DNA of 64,000 bases from Heptranchias perlo (GCF_035084215.1 NC_090327.1:64976001-65040000), one strand, 5' to 3'; positions 35,997-47,659 are shown, counted from the first letter of the stretch. The notes: generated from the sequence alone by a model not told the origin. Translations and numbers: made by a program.

Positions 35997-36745
35997 TTAG
36001 TGTTTAGCTCTCCCATAGAAGTTGCATAAACAAATATTATGCAGTGATTTTTTTTCCCAATTATAAATGCAAACAAAAGGACAGTGTGCCTCTCTCTGTC
36101 AGCCTCTCTCTGTCAGCTTGACGTGCTTTCCGAAGTAAAAAATGGCTTTAATGGTTTTTACTTCAAAATGTAATTGAAAACCTACTCAAAATAATTTGAG
36201 TTTGTATTCAAATCATTTTCAAAAACACACAAACTAAAATACAATCCACATTGGGCTGGTGGTGGACGGGGCTCGTGCTACATACACCTGCTGGCTCCAG
36301 CAAGAGGCCTGAACCATTTTCATGGTCAGGCTTCAGTTCAATATTTTGGATGAGTTGCCCAAGGATAAGGCAGCTCACCATGGGAAGGGAAGGGGGGGGG
36401 GGCAAGAATCCGGTGGTTCCTCCATGAAGTCAGGCCCCGAAGTGGGATGGTGAAGGAATTTGTGGGGCCTGCTGAGTGACTGGTAATGGGCCTGAAGATG
36501 TTTGTGGGGCCAGGTGGAGTATTCATGGCCGAACAATCATGACAGCCAGCGGGTGGGCATTTTGTTTTCTTGTCGACCGCCCCCATTTTCCATCATAAAC
36601 AAGGCGAATGAGTTTGTTTAAATTTGTCTTACATTGTTTGGAATTCAGTGTTGAACAAAAGCCGCTACAGGTATATGAGCAGTGCTGCCTGTCATATTTG
36701 AAGTGGATCTCTATTCCTGTTTTTCTCTCTCACACATATGCATGT

Positions 36746-36782
36746 ACACACTTACACACACACACACTCACACTCACACACA
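36746..36782. repeat. Imperfect (CA)n microsatellite
   Basis: ACACACTTACACACACACACACTCACACTCACACACA. Confidence 0.85.
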
Positions 36783-38261
36783 GGCTCTCTGTTTAAAAAA
36801 AAGCATCTGTATAGAGTTTCTGAATCCTGTGGTGATGCACTTGATTCATCACAATTGTGAATTAGAAAATCATGGGTAGCACGCCCGTGATTTTTCAATC
36901 CATGCTTGTAGCAGGGCAAGTACCCAACGAACTATGGAGGACTCAGGTAATCTACCCTTTAATATATCTTTTATTGGAATTAATTTTTGAAATTTTCCTT
37001 CAAGCTTTTCTTCAAATTGTTTGACAAAACAACCAAAGCAATGCCTTTAGAGCTGAAGAGAAACATTTTCCAGCTGAGCTGACAAAATGCTACTGAAGCA
37101 TCTTGATAAACTGTGTACACTGCACACACTCGGACTGCAGGATCTGACTTTAGCTTACAGTCACAGTTCTAAGCTTCAAATAAAAACAATGATGAATGTA
37201 TTCAAAGGCAACCTTATCTTTAAGTTTAATCATGTTTCATGAAATGTGTATTATTTTTATATTTTCAATGTTGCAAATCTTATTTTAGACATCAGAAATT
37301 TCAACTACTAAGAAAAAAATGGCAGCCAATAATGTTCTCCAAAAGCATTCAGTAATTTGATTGGTTTGCCTTCTTTCTTTTATTTGTAGGTTCACCTGAT
37401 TGGTCATTCAAGTTTGGTTACTTTCATAAACTCAGTGATTTATCTTCAGCAATGTTCTAGCTGCTTTCCTTACTATTGATTCATACATTCCCTACTTCAT
37501 CAGTTCTGAATTGTTTCTGTTTTACTTGGAACCAATTTACAAAGTGTGATTGATGAAATGTATATGGGAAAGTGTGACAGGGTAAGTGTTACAGGAAGTA
37601 TATAAATAAACAAGATGTTTAATGTATGTACACATTTTGCTTTTGTCTGTTGGAGGTGAAGGTGGAAGTACAGGTTTATTCTGGTGTTAGTCTATTTTTG
37701 AAACTTGTTTTGAATAGAAGCCTTTTTAATTAAAATTATGAAATGCACCTAAAATGATAGAGAGATGCTCTGTACTTCATATAAGTTACACTATATTTAG
37801 ATTGCAATGGCAGTTTGGCCTTTAAATTATGCATCATCTCTGCTATCCAGGTCTATCTATTATTAGAAGGAAAAAATAGTTTGTACTCCTGACATATGGA
37901 TGTATAAATTGTATAACTTTTTTGTATATATGCAAACAGATCTTTTGATAAACCTATTGAACTCCCTAATGATAACCAATATGAATGTGTCAACTCCATT
38001 CTACCCACATGGATGTAAACTCAGTTCAAATTAAGCATTAACACTATAAATATCACTGAGTATAAATATCGGTAAGTATAAATATCGGTAAATGACAGGT
38101 GGTTGCTGATCACAACACGTCCACTTAAGACGAAGAGTGTACTGTTATTGATACAGTGAATAAACAGTTGGTATAGTGTGGTTATATCATTCAATTCAAT
38201 CAATGCGGCAAAATCCAGAGGGAAATGCTGTAGATTGACTTCACTGTAGAGACTTCGGGGA

Positions 38262-38802
38262 GGGGGGATTTTTGACATCCACCCAAAAGAGGCCACTCCG
38301 CCCGCCTGAAGGTTGTGTTGAGAAGCCCGAACTATTTTCAGGTACAGGCCTTCTTTGAATGTAACCATAAGCTGCAGGCACCAAAGGGCCACTCCACTGC
38401 AGCTCAGCAGTTGTGGGAGGGCAGGAAATTGGTTGATTCTGATACTGAGCCGGCCAGCAGGTCAGGCCAGGGAGGGAGGAGCCAATCCTGAGACGTGGGT
38501 GGGGGTTGGTGAGCATGGGCCGGCAGCGGGCTGCAATATTTTTGCAGAGCCAGGAGGAGCAATTCTGCCTGGTACAAATGGGCGGAGCATGAACATTTAT
38601 ACCTGAGAATTGCAAACTAGGACCCCGAATAGCATATATAAGCAACCTCTCACCTGAAACTGGCAGGTGTAATGCTCGCCCATTTGCAGGCCTACCTGAA
38701 AATTGCATCAGGCAGCCATAGGATGGCCGAGGTCCCCCACCCCCATTTTAACCCCCATTTTTCAGGCAAGAAACAGGTGACCAGCAGTTGAAAATTTCCG
38801 CC
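38262..38802. mobile_element. Harbinger-type MITE
   Basis: Imperfect TIRs GGGGGGATTTTTGAC / GTTGAAAATTTCCGCC; internal similarity to 42976-43791 in the opposite orientation. Confidence 0.5.
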
Positions 38803-39086
38803 ATTATTAATTTTGGAGCCAATGTTAGTAGGTGGTTAACTTCAATTAGGATTTGGATTGTTAGGACACTGGGGTACAGCACACTCTGAGGAACTAATGA
38901 CTATGCTCTCTACGTAATGGAGAAGTTAGTCTTCATTTCAGGGAAGCATGCATGTGTATGATTACATGCAACACTGGCGATTTCTTTCTAATGTATTAGC
39001 ACTTTTGTGCAACCAATTTTAGGTCCTCACAACACAAAACAGATTTGCCTCACATGCTAACTCTCAACACGAATGAATACATCATT

Positions 39087-39257
39087 AAAATAGAAAATAC
39101 TGGAAATACTTAGCAAGTCAGGCAGCATTGGTGGAGAAAGAAAGATCAGGTTAACGTTTCAAGTCGATGACCTTTCATCAGATGCTGCCTGACCAGCTGA
39201 GTGTGTCCAGCATTTTCTGCTTTCATTTCAGATTCCCGGCATATGCAGTATTTTTTG
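39087..39257 (-). mobile_element. Penelope-type terminal relic with inverted repeat and hammerhead-like core
   Basis: Imperfect ~42-bp inverted repeat (39087-39128 / 39182-39223); minus strand CUGAUGA-A-AGGUC-AUC-GACUU-GAAA-CGUU at 39181-39153. Confidence 0.7.
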
Positions 39258-39969
39258 TTAATATATCTTAATCTCTCTCTCTATAAAAAATAAGACATTG
39301 TTAACACAGTTTCAACATAAGCCTCTTTAACTAATTTATATGTATTTTTGCTATAACATTTAAAACAGATGTTCGTTGTTTGGAATTATTTGGATTAAAC
39401 TGTCGGTCTAGAATCACTGCCGATTGATCCCATCTGGGGGCACTACAATTCTAAAACCAGCCGCCTTGTCCAATTTAGTGGAGATTTAGGGGCTTCATTA
39501 TCATCGGATCTGTACTGGTGTTCGTGTAATTGTGTTAAATGTTCGTTATTTCAATGTAGTCATAAACCAATGGATAAGAGGAGATTAAACCTCGTTGGGT
39601 CATTTCCAAGAATCGTTGGTCTTTTTTGATAAATAATAAACTCTAATTATTACACAAGTTACACTAAATCCCAATTTTCCGTGACACCAGTACCAGTTAT
39701 GACTATTACTCTACACCCTGATATGTACCATTATATCCCACCTCCCAGAGTTTACACCTATGGCAATTGTTTATTTTACATTGAGACTTTTCCACCAAAT
39801 TACTTTTTCCCCCACTGTTTTACTTTAACACTTCTCACAATTGCCAGATTTTCCCTGAGCTCATCTTTACTTTGTCCTTTTTGGTCTTCCCGAAAGTTTA
39901 ACTTCAACATCCTACTCGGGAATCGTGGCGATGCCAAACCAAAGGGAGAAACGAACTGAAGCCTCTTAC

Positions 39970-40232
39970 CTGACGATCACGTACATAACCAGACAGTTGC
40001 CCACCGAACCCACCACAAAAATGACCGAGTAGACAGCGGTGATGATGATGGGGATGAGAGTGCCCACGGTGCCGTTCCTGTGAAAGTCGAGGAAGTCGGT
40101 GCTGTTTTCCCAGTAGTAAGAAATGGGTGGGAAAGTGCTGTTAGGGATCACGCCAGGGCTACATTCGTCAGAGGAGTGTAACATACACTCGGAACCCATA
40201 TCTTCCCTAGAAATCACCACTGGGGTACCCAT
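39970..40232 (-). CDS. oprk1: Kappa opioid receptor, first coding exon (N-terminus, TM1)
   Basis: Acceptor CTTTTTGTAG at 40241, ATG at 40232 in strong context (ACTATGG), donor AG|GTAAGA; MGTPVVISRE...IPIIITAVYSVIFVVGSVGNCLVMYVIVR; three N-glycosylation sequons; 263 nt. Confidence 0.95.
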
Positions 40233-40473
40233 AGTCAAATCTACAAAAAGAAAAGCAAAAACAAGAAACAAGGGCAAAAATGACAATTATTTTAACAGCA
40301 AAATATAAGATAATTAGAATAAAAATAATTAGAATAAAAGCAAGCAGAAATCTACTTGCAAATTGTAACAGGCTTGGGGGGAAACTTAGAAAATACTGGA
40401 CAATAAGGATCAGGATACAGAAATATTATTAAAGGAAAATTAAACTAAACCATGTCCGATCACCAACTCTTAC

Positions 40474-40790
40474 CCAGGTTAATTGAAGAGACGAGACTGA
40501 AAGCTTCAGTTTAACAGTAAACTGTGCGGGGAGAAGCCTCACATCCTCACTGGACAACTTTTGATGTGTGCACGGTGAGGTGTGAAGGGCGAGAGATCCT
40601 TGCTGCAGGATCTGATAACTGGCAGCGTGTTTCCCTTTTACCTTCTCTCCGTTTCCCTGCTGCTGCAGCAGTTGAAATCTAACGTGATAGCGACTCGATG
40701 ACGCTCTTTAATGGACGCAGATCGCTGGAGGCGTTTATTGGAGATCGGAGATTTAGGTACATCTTCTGTAACACCGCACCGGCGCTACAC
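40474..40790 (-). other. oprk1: Probable non-coding first exon of oprk1 (5' boundary uncertain)
   Basis: Donor CTGG|GTAAGA at 40473, 233 nt from the acceptor at 40241; mammalian OPRK1 also has a 5'-UTR intron. Confidence 0.5.
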
Positions 40791-40870
40791 TGACTGCCGC
40801 TTTTCAGAGCTCGCCATAGCAACCTTATATTAAGGGGTTGATGGTGAGATATATCATCGCAAGCGCCCAC
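40680..40870 (-). promoter_or_regulatory. Candidate oprk1 promoter (CpG-enriched, TATA-like TAATATAAGG, RFX X-box-like GTTGCTATGGCGAG)
   Basis: Local CpG enrichment in otherwise CpG-poor DNA; X-box-like 40810-40823; TATA-like ~40823-40832. Confidence 0.45.
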
Positions 40871-41989
40871 AGAATCATTTTAATTCATGCACTTAAATTT
40901 ATTTCTTGATGAAACATCATGCATTTGTATCATTGACACATCCACTTACCCTTCATCGCTTTGGTGATCTGTCAATGAACTTGCAGGAACCCTTGTCTCC
41001 ACACATAACAGTTTATTTCTTCGTCCTTTTTATTTTCAAAGGTGAAAAAGCCTGTTTCCAACAAGTGTTCAAGTTTGCGGTTTGAGTGACGATAAAAGGA
41101 AGCGTGTTTAAAAATAGTTTCTTCTAATGTCCTGTCATTAAAATACCTGATTTGTTGTCTGTTTCAGTTCCCATGCCTAAAAATGTTACATTTCCCCCCT
41201 CTATGAATCTTTTCCAAAGAAAACAGTTCGTTGCGCTGATAATCCATCCACTACATGGTTCGAATATGTGTGCATGATCTTACATTAATTAAAATGAAGA
41301 ATAATCCTCTCAGGAGACTAGAGTCTGGACAGAAAGGTTCTTGCTTTACGACTGCAAGTGGTGCTTTGCTCTTTTTAATTTCCAGATTGCCCAGTGCACA
41401 AACCGTGATATGCGAGTTTATGTTCATTACAACTTAAGTGGCTAAACCATAAAGGAAGTTTTATTCCAAGAGTTCGGACTGCACATTATTTAAAAGCATT
41501 TACACCTATGCCAGAACTAGGTCGGATGTTATTTCAATGACCAGAAGGAAACTTTAAACTTTGAAGACCTATGCCATCTCAGAAAATGTTATGCAAATTT
41601 AAAGTTGGATTTCCTGATTCTGGTGATCTTTCAGCAGGATCTACACACAATTCTGCTTTATAAGAGGCATTCAGTACTGCTAGGTTGCTACCAACAGGCA
41701 GACGTGGAGCTAAAGGGATACTTCAGTGAAACTGTAAATAAGTGTAAGTTTACTGTAGAATAACCAATGTTTTGGCTACAGTTTTATGCTTTTGTTTATC
41801 AAGAAGCTTAATGTTATATTCACCATTCTATCTTATGCACTAAGGCTTCCTTTTTGCTCCTCACTCATTCCACAGAGGAGACGATAGTCTCTCCATTAGG
41901 AATGCCCTTTCATCTTGTTACTTAGAGGGGAAAGAAGAAGAGGAAGCAAAGCAGGAATACAGGGAAGCAAGACTCATCAGGTATCACAG

Positions 41990-42470
41990 GAGGTGTTTGA
42001 ACCCCTCTGACCAGAATGCACCTTCACACCCACATATAGAAACCAAGGCACTTCTATCTCCACTTGAACAAAGCTGTGCTTGCTGAGGCTACACCACTTT
42101 AAAGTAATACAAGAATTACACCACATGCTCACTCCAGACCTAGAGATCACCTTCACCACAGTCACTGCACTGTCAGTGTTTGGAAAGGTCATCACAGCTC
42201 TCAACTTCTACCCAACTGGATCATTACAGGCTGCCTCTGGAGTCAATTGCAATATTAGCCATTCTGCTGTGCACAGATGCATCAAGCAAGTGACAAGAGC
42301 CTTGTTTGCTGGAGCTGCCCAGTACATTATCTTCTCCATGGATACTCATCATCAATGTAACAGGGCCCTGCACTTTTACTGTAAGGCAGAATTTCCCAAA
42401 GTGCAGGATGTCACCGAATGCACCCATATGGTCATACGTGCCCTTTTTCATTTGGGTTCCATTCACTGAA
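41990..42470 (+). mobile_element. Harbinger (HARBI1-like) DDE transposase remnant
   Basis: ALNFYPTGSLQ...ISHSAVHRCIKQVTRALF...AEFPKVQDVTECTHMVIRA parallels ALRFYATGSFQ...GFP.V.GAIDCTHI of PIF/Harbinger transposases; truncated and degraded. Confidence 0.8.
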
Positions 42471-42514
42471 TGTACAGGCAGCTTCAGACCACAACCACCA
42501 AATAATGTATTTGT

Positions 42515-42935
42515 ACTAGCAAGAAATATAAAAACAGATTGTAAGAGCTTCTACAAGTATGTAACAAGGAAGAGAGTAGCGAAAGTAAATGTTGGTCCCT
42601 TAGAGTCTGAGACAGGAGAAATTATAATGGGGAAGAAGGAAATGGCAGAGACATTAAACAAATATTTTGTATCCGTCTTCACAGTAGAAGACTCAAAAAG
42701 CATACCAGAAATAGTGGGGAACCAAGGGGCTAATGAGAATGAGGAACTTAATGTAATTATTATCAGTAGAGAAAAAGTACTTGAGAAACTAAGGGGACTA
42801 AAAGCTAGTAAAGCCCTTGGACCTGATGGCCTAAATCATAGGGTTCTAAAAGAGGTGGCTGCAGACATATTGGATGCATTGGTTGTGATCTTCCAAAATT
42901 CCCTAGATTCTAGAATGGTCTCAGTGGATTGGATT
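42515..42935 (+). mobile_element. CR1 ORF2 internal fragment
   Basis: NIKTDCKSFYKYV...LNKYFVSVFT...KALGPDGLNHRVLKEV. Confidence 0.9.
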
Positions 42936-42975
42936 GGAGAATTTTTTTTTACATAAGGGATTGTTAAGACATAGA

Positions 42976-43791
42976 GGGGCAATTTTCAACTGTTGACCAC
43001 CCGACCACCCATTTCTCACTTGAAAAACGGGCGGCTGGCAGTTGAAAATTGGGGGTTGGGGGGGTGCGGGCTCAGCTGCCCCATTGACACCCAAGGCCCT
43101 CCTGATGCAATTTTCAGATGGGCCTGTAAATGGGTGAGCATTACACCCGCCTGTTTCCAGTGGGAGCTGCTTAAATTTGCACATGGCATCCTGCAAAGCT
43201 TGTACAATCCTGATTGCAATTTTTAAACAAGAATTGGCAGTGGGTGCAAGTTTGTACCAAGCATTGAGTTAGCCTAACCAGTGATAAGAACATAAGAAAT
43301 AGGAGCAGGAGTAGGCCAATCGGCCCCTCGAGCCTGCTCCGCCATTCAATAAGATCATGGCTGATCTGATCCTAACCTCAAATCTAACTTCATGTCCAAT
43401 TTCCTGCCCGCTCCCCGTAACCCCTAATTCCCTTTACTTCTAGTTCTGATGCTTAAAGGGATCACTTGAGGCCGCACAAAATCGGCTTAAGAAATTTAAA
43501 ATTTTTATTTTTGTGGGGCCAGGAAGAGCAGGAATGCTCCTCCTAGGCCCCCAAAAAATCTATGGTCCACGGCCCACAATGCGAGGTCCCTGGAGGATGG
43601 CCTCCATGCTCTTCGGCCCCGTCCACCTCCCAGGAATGACATAACTAGCGAGCTGCAGCGGGGTGCCTGTTTGGCATCTGCAGCTTGCTGGAAGCATTTA
43701 TATGAGGGCCAAGCTGAAAATGCTTCGAGCCTCCCAGTGGCTGCTTGGCTGATTTTGTGCTCCTTTCAGCCGGAAGTCAAAGATCGTCCCC
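42976..43791. mobile_element. Harbinger-type MITE with AGA TSD, inserted in a CR1 3' fragment
   Basis: TIRs GGGGCAATTTTCAAC / GTCAAAGATCGTCCCC; AGA on both flanks; CR1 sequence resumes at 43792-43990. Confidence 0.65.
43285..43442 (-). mobile_element. CR1-type 3' end nested inside the MITE
   Basis: TAAGAACATAAGAAATAGGAGCAGGAGTAGGCC... is the reverse complement of a CR1 3' UTR with octamer tail. Confidence 0.85.
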
Positions 43792-44787
43792 AGAATTTCC
43801 TGCCAAAAATAGTGAAGGAAGGATAATCCATAATAGCTTTTAAAAGGGAAGTGGATCAATATTTGACAAATAATTTTTTTAATGGATTAGGCAAATGGCA
43901 AGGGAATGGGACTAAGTGGATAGCAGTTTAACTGAGCCAGCACAGGCACGATGGACAGAAATGTCCTCCTTCTCTGTTGTAAAATTCTAAATTATGCCTT
44001 TTGTTAATTGTTCAGATGCACACAAACGTTAAGAAGAAAGTTCAGCTTTTCTTTCTGAAATGTCACCAAAGCTGGAACTTTAAATGCCCTCTCCTCATGT
44101 ACCAATGCACAGCACCATGACAGGTCCCAATTGATGTTGAGGAGCAGCAAAAATAAAACCAGAGAACGTTTGTTTTATATTATTCATTTCGAACAAGTGG
44201 CACTGGGTGATTCACAGAACACGAGGAAGCCCGAAGAGGGGAGAATGGGTGAGGATGTGCCAGTTCCTCAGTTCAGGATGTGGAGACAGCTATCCTGGCT
44301 ACAAAGTTAAAGGACTCAGATCTCATGGATCCCTGCCTGAGAAGTAGGTCTGCAGTTGTGGGGGCCAGACAGGTGGCATTTAGTGTAACTGCCATCTCCC
44401 TCCACATGCCTTGCGAGACACTTTTTGGGGTTTTCTACCATGAGAGCCCAGCAGACTTTCTATTCTAATTGCATCACAACAACATGATGAAGTTATGAGC
44501 TCTTTCTTCTGTCTCCTTATAAGTGGACTGTTCCTTTCTTTGGGTCCCTCTGGTTGCTGCTGCAGTCCATTCTAAAATAAATTATAGAAATTCTCTGGCA
44601 AAACATTTATCCACAAAATATGACAGGCAATCCAAGCTGTTGGAGTTATCAGCACTTACCTGCTGCTCCTCCAGTCTGCTGCAGCTTTTCTAGTCGCAGC
44701 AGCCGGGACCAATCTCCACCCCAACGAGCACGGCACACCCATTTTACAATGTCAATGAGTATTTAAATAAGCAGATCCCACAAACAG

Positions 44788-45055
44788 TGTTTGAGGTGTA
44801 TAAAATTATGAGGGGCCTAGATAGAGTGGATAGTAAGGACCTATTTCCCTTAGCAGAGGGGTCAATAACCAGAGGGCATAAGTGGACTGTTCCTTTATTT
44901 AGGTCCCTCTGGTTGCTGCTGCAGTTCAAACCAGAGTATTTGGTAGAAGGATTAGAGGGGAGCTGAGGAAAAAAAAATTCACATAGAGGCTGGATGGCCC
45001 TTTTTTGACCAGCACAGACACGATGGGCCGAATGGCCTCCTTCTATGATTCTATG
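44788..45055 (+). mobile_element. CR1 3' fragment with TTCTATGATTCTATG tail
   Basis: EVYKIMRGLDRVD...LFPLAEGSITRGH followed by the octamer tail. Confidence 0.85.
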
Positions 45056-45317
45056 AAACAGTGTTGCCATGCAGTGGTGGGCAGATGTGCCACCTTTGGT
45101 GCACAACATCATAAATGGTCCCGTGGGTTTTCAGGCCCCACATCTCTGTAGTGGTCTCCCAATATGTTTTATAACATAGGGGTCATTTTACATATTCACA
45201 TCCCTGGTGTGCAACCTCGCCTGCTAGGAGTCCATTTGGAAATTTGGGCATCCTCTCCCACAATGTATGATTTCGTAAAATTTCTTCTTAAATGCATGCT
45301 ACAATTATAAAATCGTT

Positions 45318-45496
45318 GGCGGGTAAATTTCTGCAAGGGTGCTTCTGTTTGTCTGCCATAACTTCTGTGGAAGAGTTGAGGAAACTCTGGAAAAATGACG
45401 CCAATGGCATTTACATCGTTTTTCTGGGGTTTCCACAGTTCTTCCACCGAAGTGACAGTGGACAAGGGAGAGAACTGCCAACAAAAATCACCCCCC
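45318..45496. mobile_element. ~180-bp fold-back MITE
   Basis: Termini GGCGGGTAAATTTCTG / CAAAAATCACCCCCC; inner arms 45361-45394 and 45420-45453 are ~80% complementary. Confidence 0.7.
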
Positions 45497-47659
45497 TGAT
45501 GTTTAAGTTTACACACGATTGGTCTGAATGTTGTCTCTTTTGCTGTTGCTCCTGGTGATTCGAGATCACCATGACTTACATCGTTTTTCACTGATCAGAA
45601 CTTACGTTATTTGATCAAATAGATAGACATGGACAAACAACAGAGCAAAATGGAAAATGAAATATTGTTTGTTGTGCCATCTGCTTTCCCAGCTGGTTTC
45701 CACTAAATAATTATCACTGTCTTTTTTTTCATGGAATGGGAACTCCTACAAACTGAGTGGATTACAATACTGTTCTTTTATCTATGGGACCGTTGAAATA
45801 ATGAAGGGTTAAAGCCCGCTTTCTGACAGCTATAAAAATTCTAAGTGAAATGAGACGGGGCTGTCTCAATTTTCCATGTACAACTACTTCTAATTAGTGT
45901 CTGAGTCATAAAGATGCAAGGATGCCTGGCGTGAGAAATGAAAATGTCATGATGATCCAGATGGAGGGTCGAAAAGAAAACTGATTATAATTAAATAGTA
46001 CAAAAGTATCTAACAACAATATTGTTCTCATCCAATCATGGGCTAAGGCCTCTGCTTCTACCGTAAGATTTCCTTTAAAAAAATGCTTTTATAATTTTTC
46101 TGTAACAGAAAAACGTGTGTTTTTCACATAGTTTTTCTGTTTCTCTTTTCTTCCTTCTACTAGTTCATTCCTCATATTGTTTTGAAATCTTGCCATTCCT
46201 TTCTGGTTTCTCACAACCTATTTATTATATTACATTTTTAATTCATTTTTTTTTCTCCTTTCTTTGCTGCAGTGCCACAAAAATTTAGCCAACTGTGGTG
46301 TACAATCAGCGGTGACACTAACAAAAGTCCTGCACTTATGTTGTGATAAGTCTCTTCCATCACCATGGAAATAGTGGAACCAGTCAAGCTCCATAATTAC
46401 AGAAATGTGCATGCACAGACTAAACTAGCTTTTGTCATTACTTATGCCTGATTTTTGGGCATAACACTGGATCTCTGCCCATTTAGCATGTCACACACAT
46501 TTTAGGTTGTGGTATGAAATTCTGATGACACCATTTTCCATGCTATTTTCCATTGTTTTTGCCTATACAGCACTGTATAATGTTCCCGCCATAAGTGGGT
46601 ATCCAGGTTTGCTAGACACAGATAACAGCCTTATGGCCTATGTGTTCCCCTGTATAATGTCACTGCCTACAGTAACTGGAAAGAATTCCGGTCTTTGAAT
46701 GTTCAGTTCATTTGCAACCAGCTGCACAGGATTATTCAAGTCAATGCTCGATTCCCAGGCAACTGTCATAATGCCTTAATTTTAGGTTGTCCACTGTACC
46801 ACCAATATTTGACTCACAAAGCAAGTGCTAGCATGACTCCTAGGTAATCAAGGCTATGCTCTGTCACCAAGGCTCATGATACCTTTGTGATATTCCAGAA
46901 CACGAGCTGAACATGGGTATAATGAGGAGTATTCATCAAGCACGCCACCGGCATTTTGAAGCAGCATTTCTGGATAGATCGGTGAACATCCTACATTACA
47001 GCCCAGCTAAGGTTTCAAGGATGGTGTGCTCTTTCCACTCTGGGATACCAGGCCCCATGGCAGCAATCTGTGCCTGGGAGAATCACTACCTGGCTTTAGG
47101 GTCTCTGGCATGAACTGCTTGGCTGCAGATATCACTTGAATGACCATATGTTCTTTAGTGGACTGCAATGTTGCAAAACAATCATGTAAGGCTGTGAACA
47201 TGCCACTTGTGGACTCCTCCTCACAAGCTGTCATCTGCTCATTCAACAATAAACGGTATGTGGTCTTTTGCACCAGACGTTTGTGTCTCATTCAAGCTTG
47301 AAATGTCCTGGGGACACTCTTGTCGCTCTTCCTTGTTGTTTGTTCTTTCTCTAGCAATCCCTTAGGGTTTAAATGTCTCAAGTAATCTTTGATTTGCCTG
47401 AAGATTACAGAAAACTTAAAGTGGGCATACAAATGTGGGTCTGGCCTACATTGGCTTGTTTGTTTATCTGTCTGGCTACCAATGTTTTAAAGTGAATTTT
47501 GCACAAAATGGGTATTGTTTGCACCTCTGAAATATGATCTTCCTGATTTGATTAACATGTCAAACAGTCTGAAGGCAGAGAACAAACATCATTATATCAG
47601 TCCAGATATGCTGCTGCCTGTTGGCAATCTTAAGGTTTCTGGGAAGCAGTTTATGGGAT

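Noticed and set aside
13703-40232. Assignment as delta, mu or nociceptin receptor because of the ECL2 and Lys6.58
   Set aside because: RTPLKAK, the TM7 YY pair, the N- and C-terminal similarity, the readthrough tail and atp6v1h synteny all point to kappa.
40233-40286. Signal-peptide-like N-terminus MSFLPLFLVFAFLFVDLT on the oprk1 ORF
   Set aside because: Non-ATG start; it is mostly the intron polypyrimidine tract before the AG at 40241. The real start is the ATG at 40232.
42080-42469. Domesticated HARBI1 gene
   Set aside because: Short fragment, the first catalytic Asp motif is altered (ECTH), and it runs into CR1 sequence.
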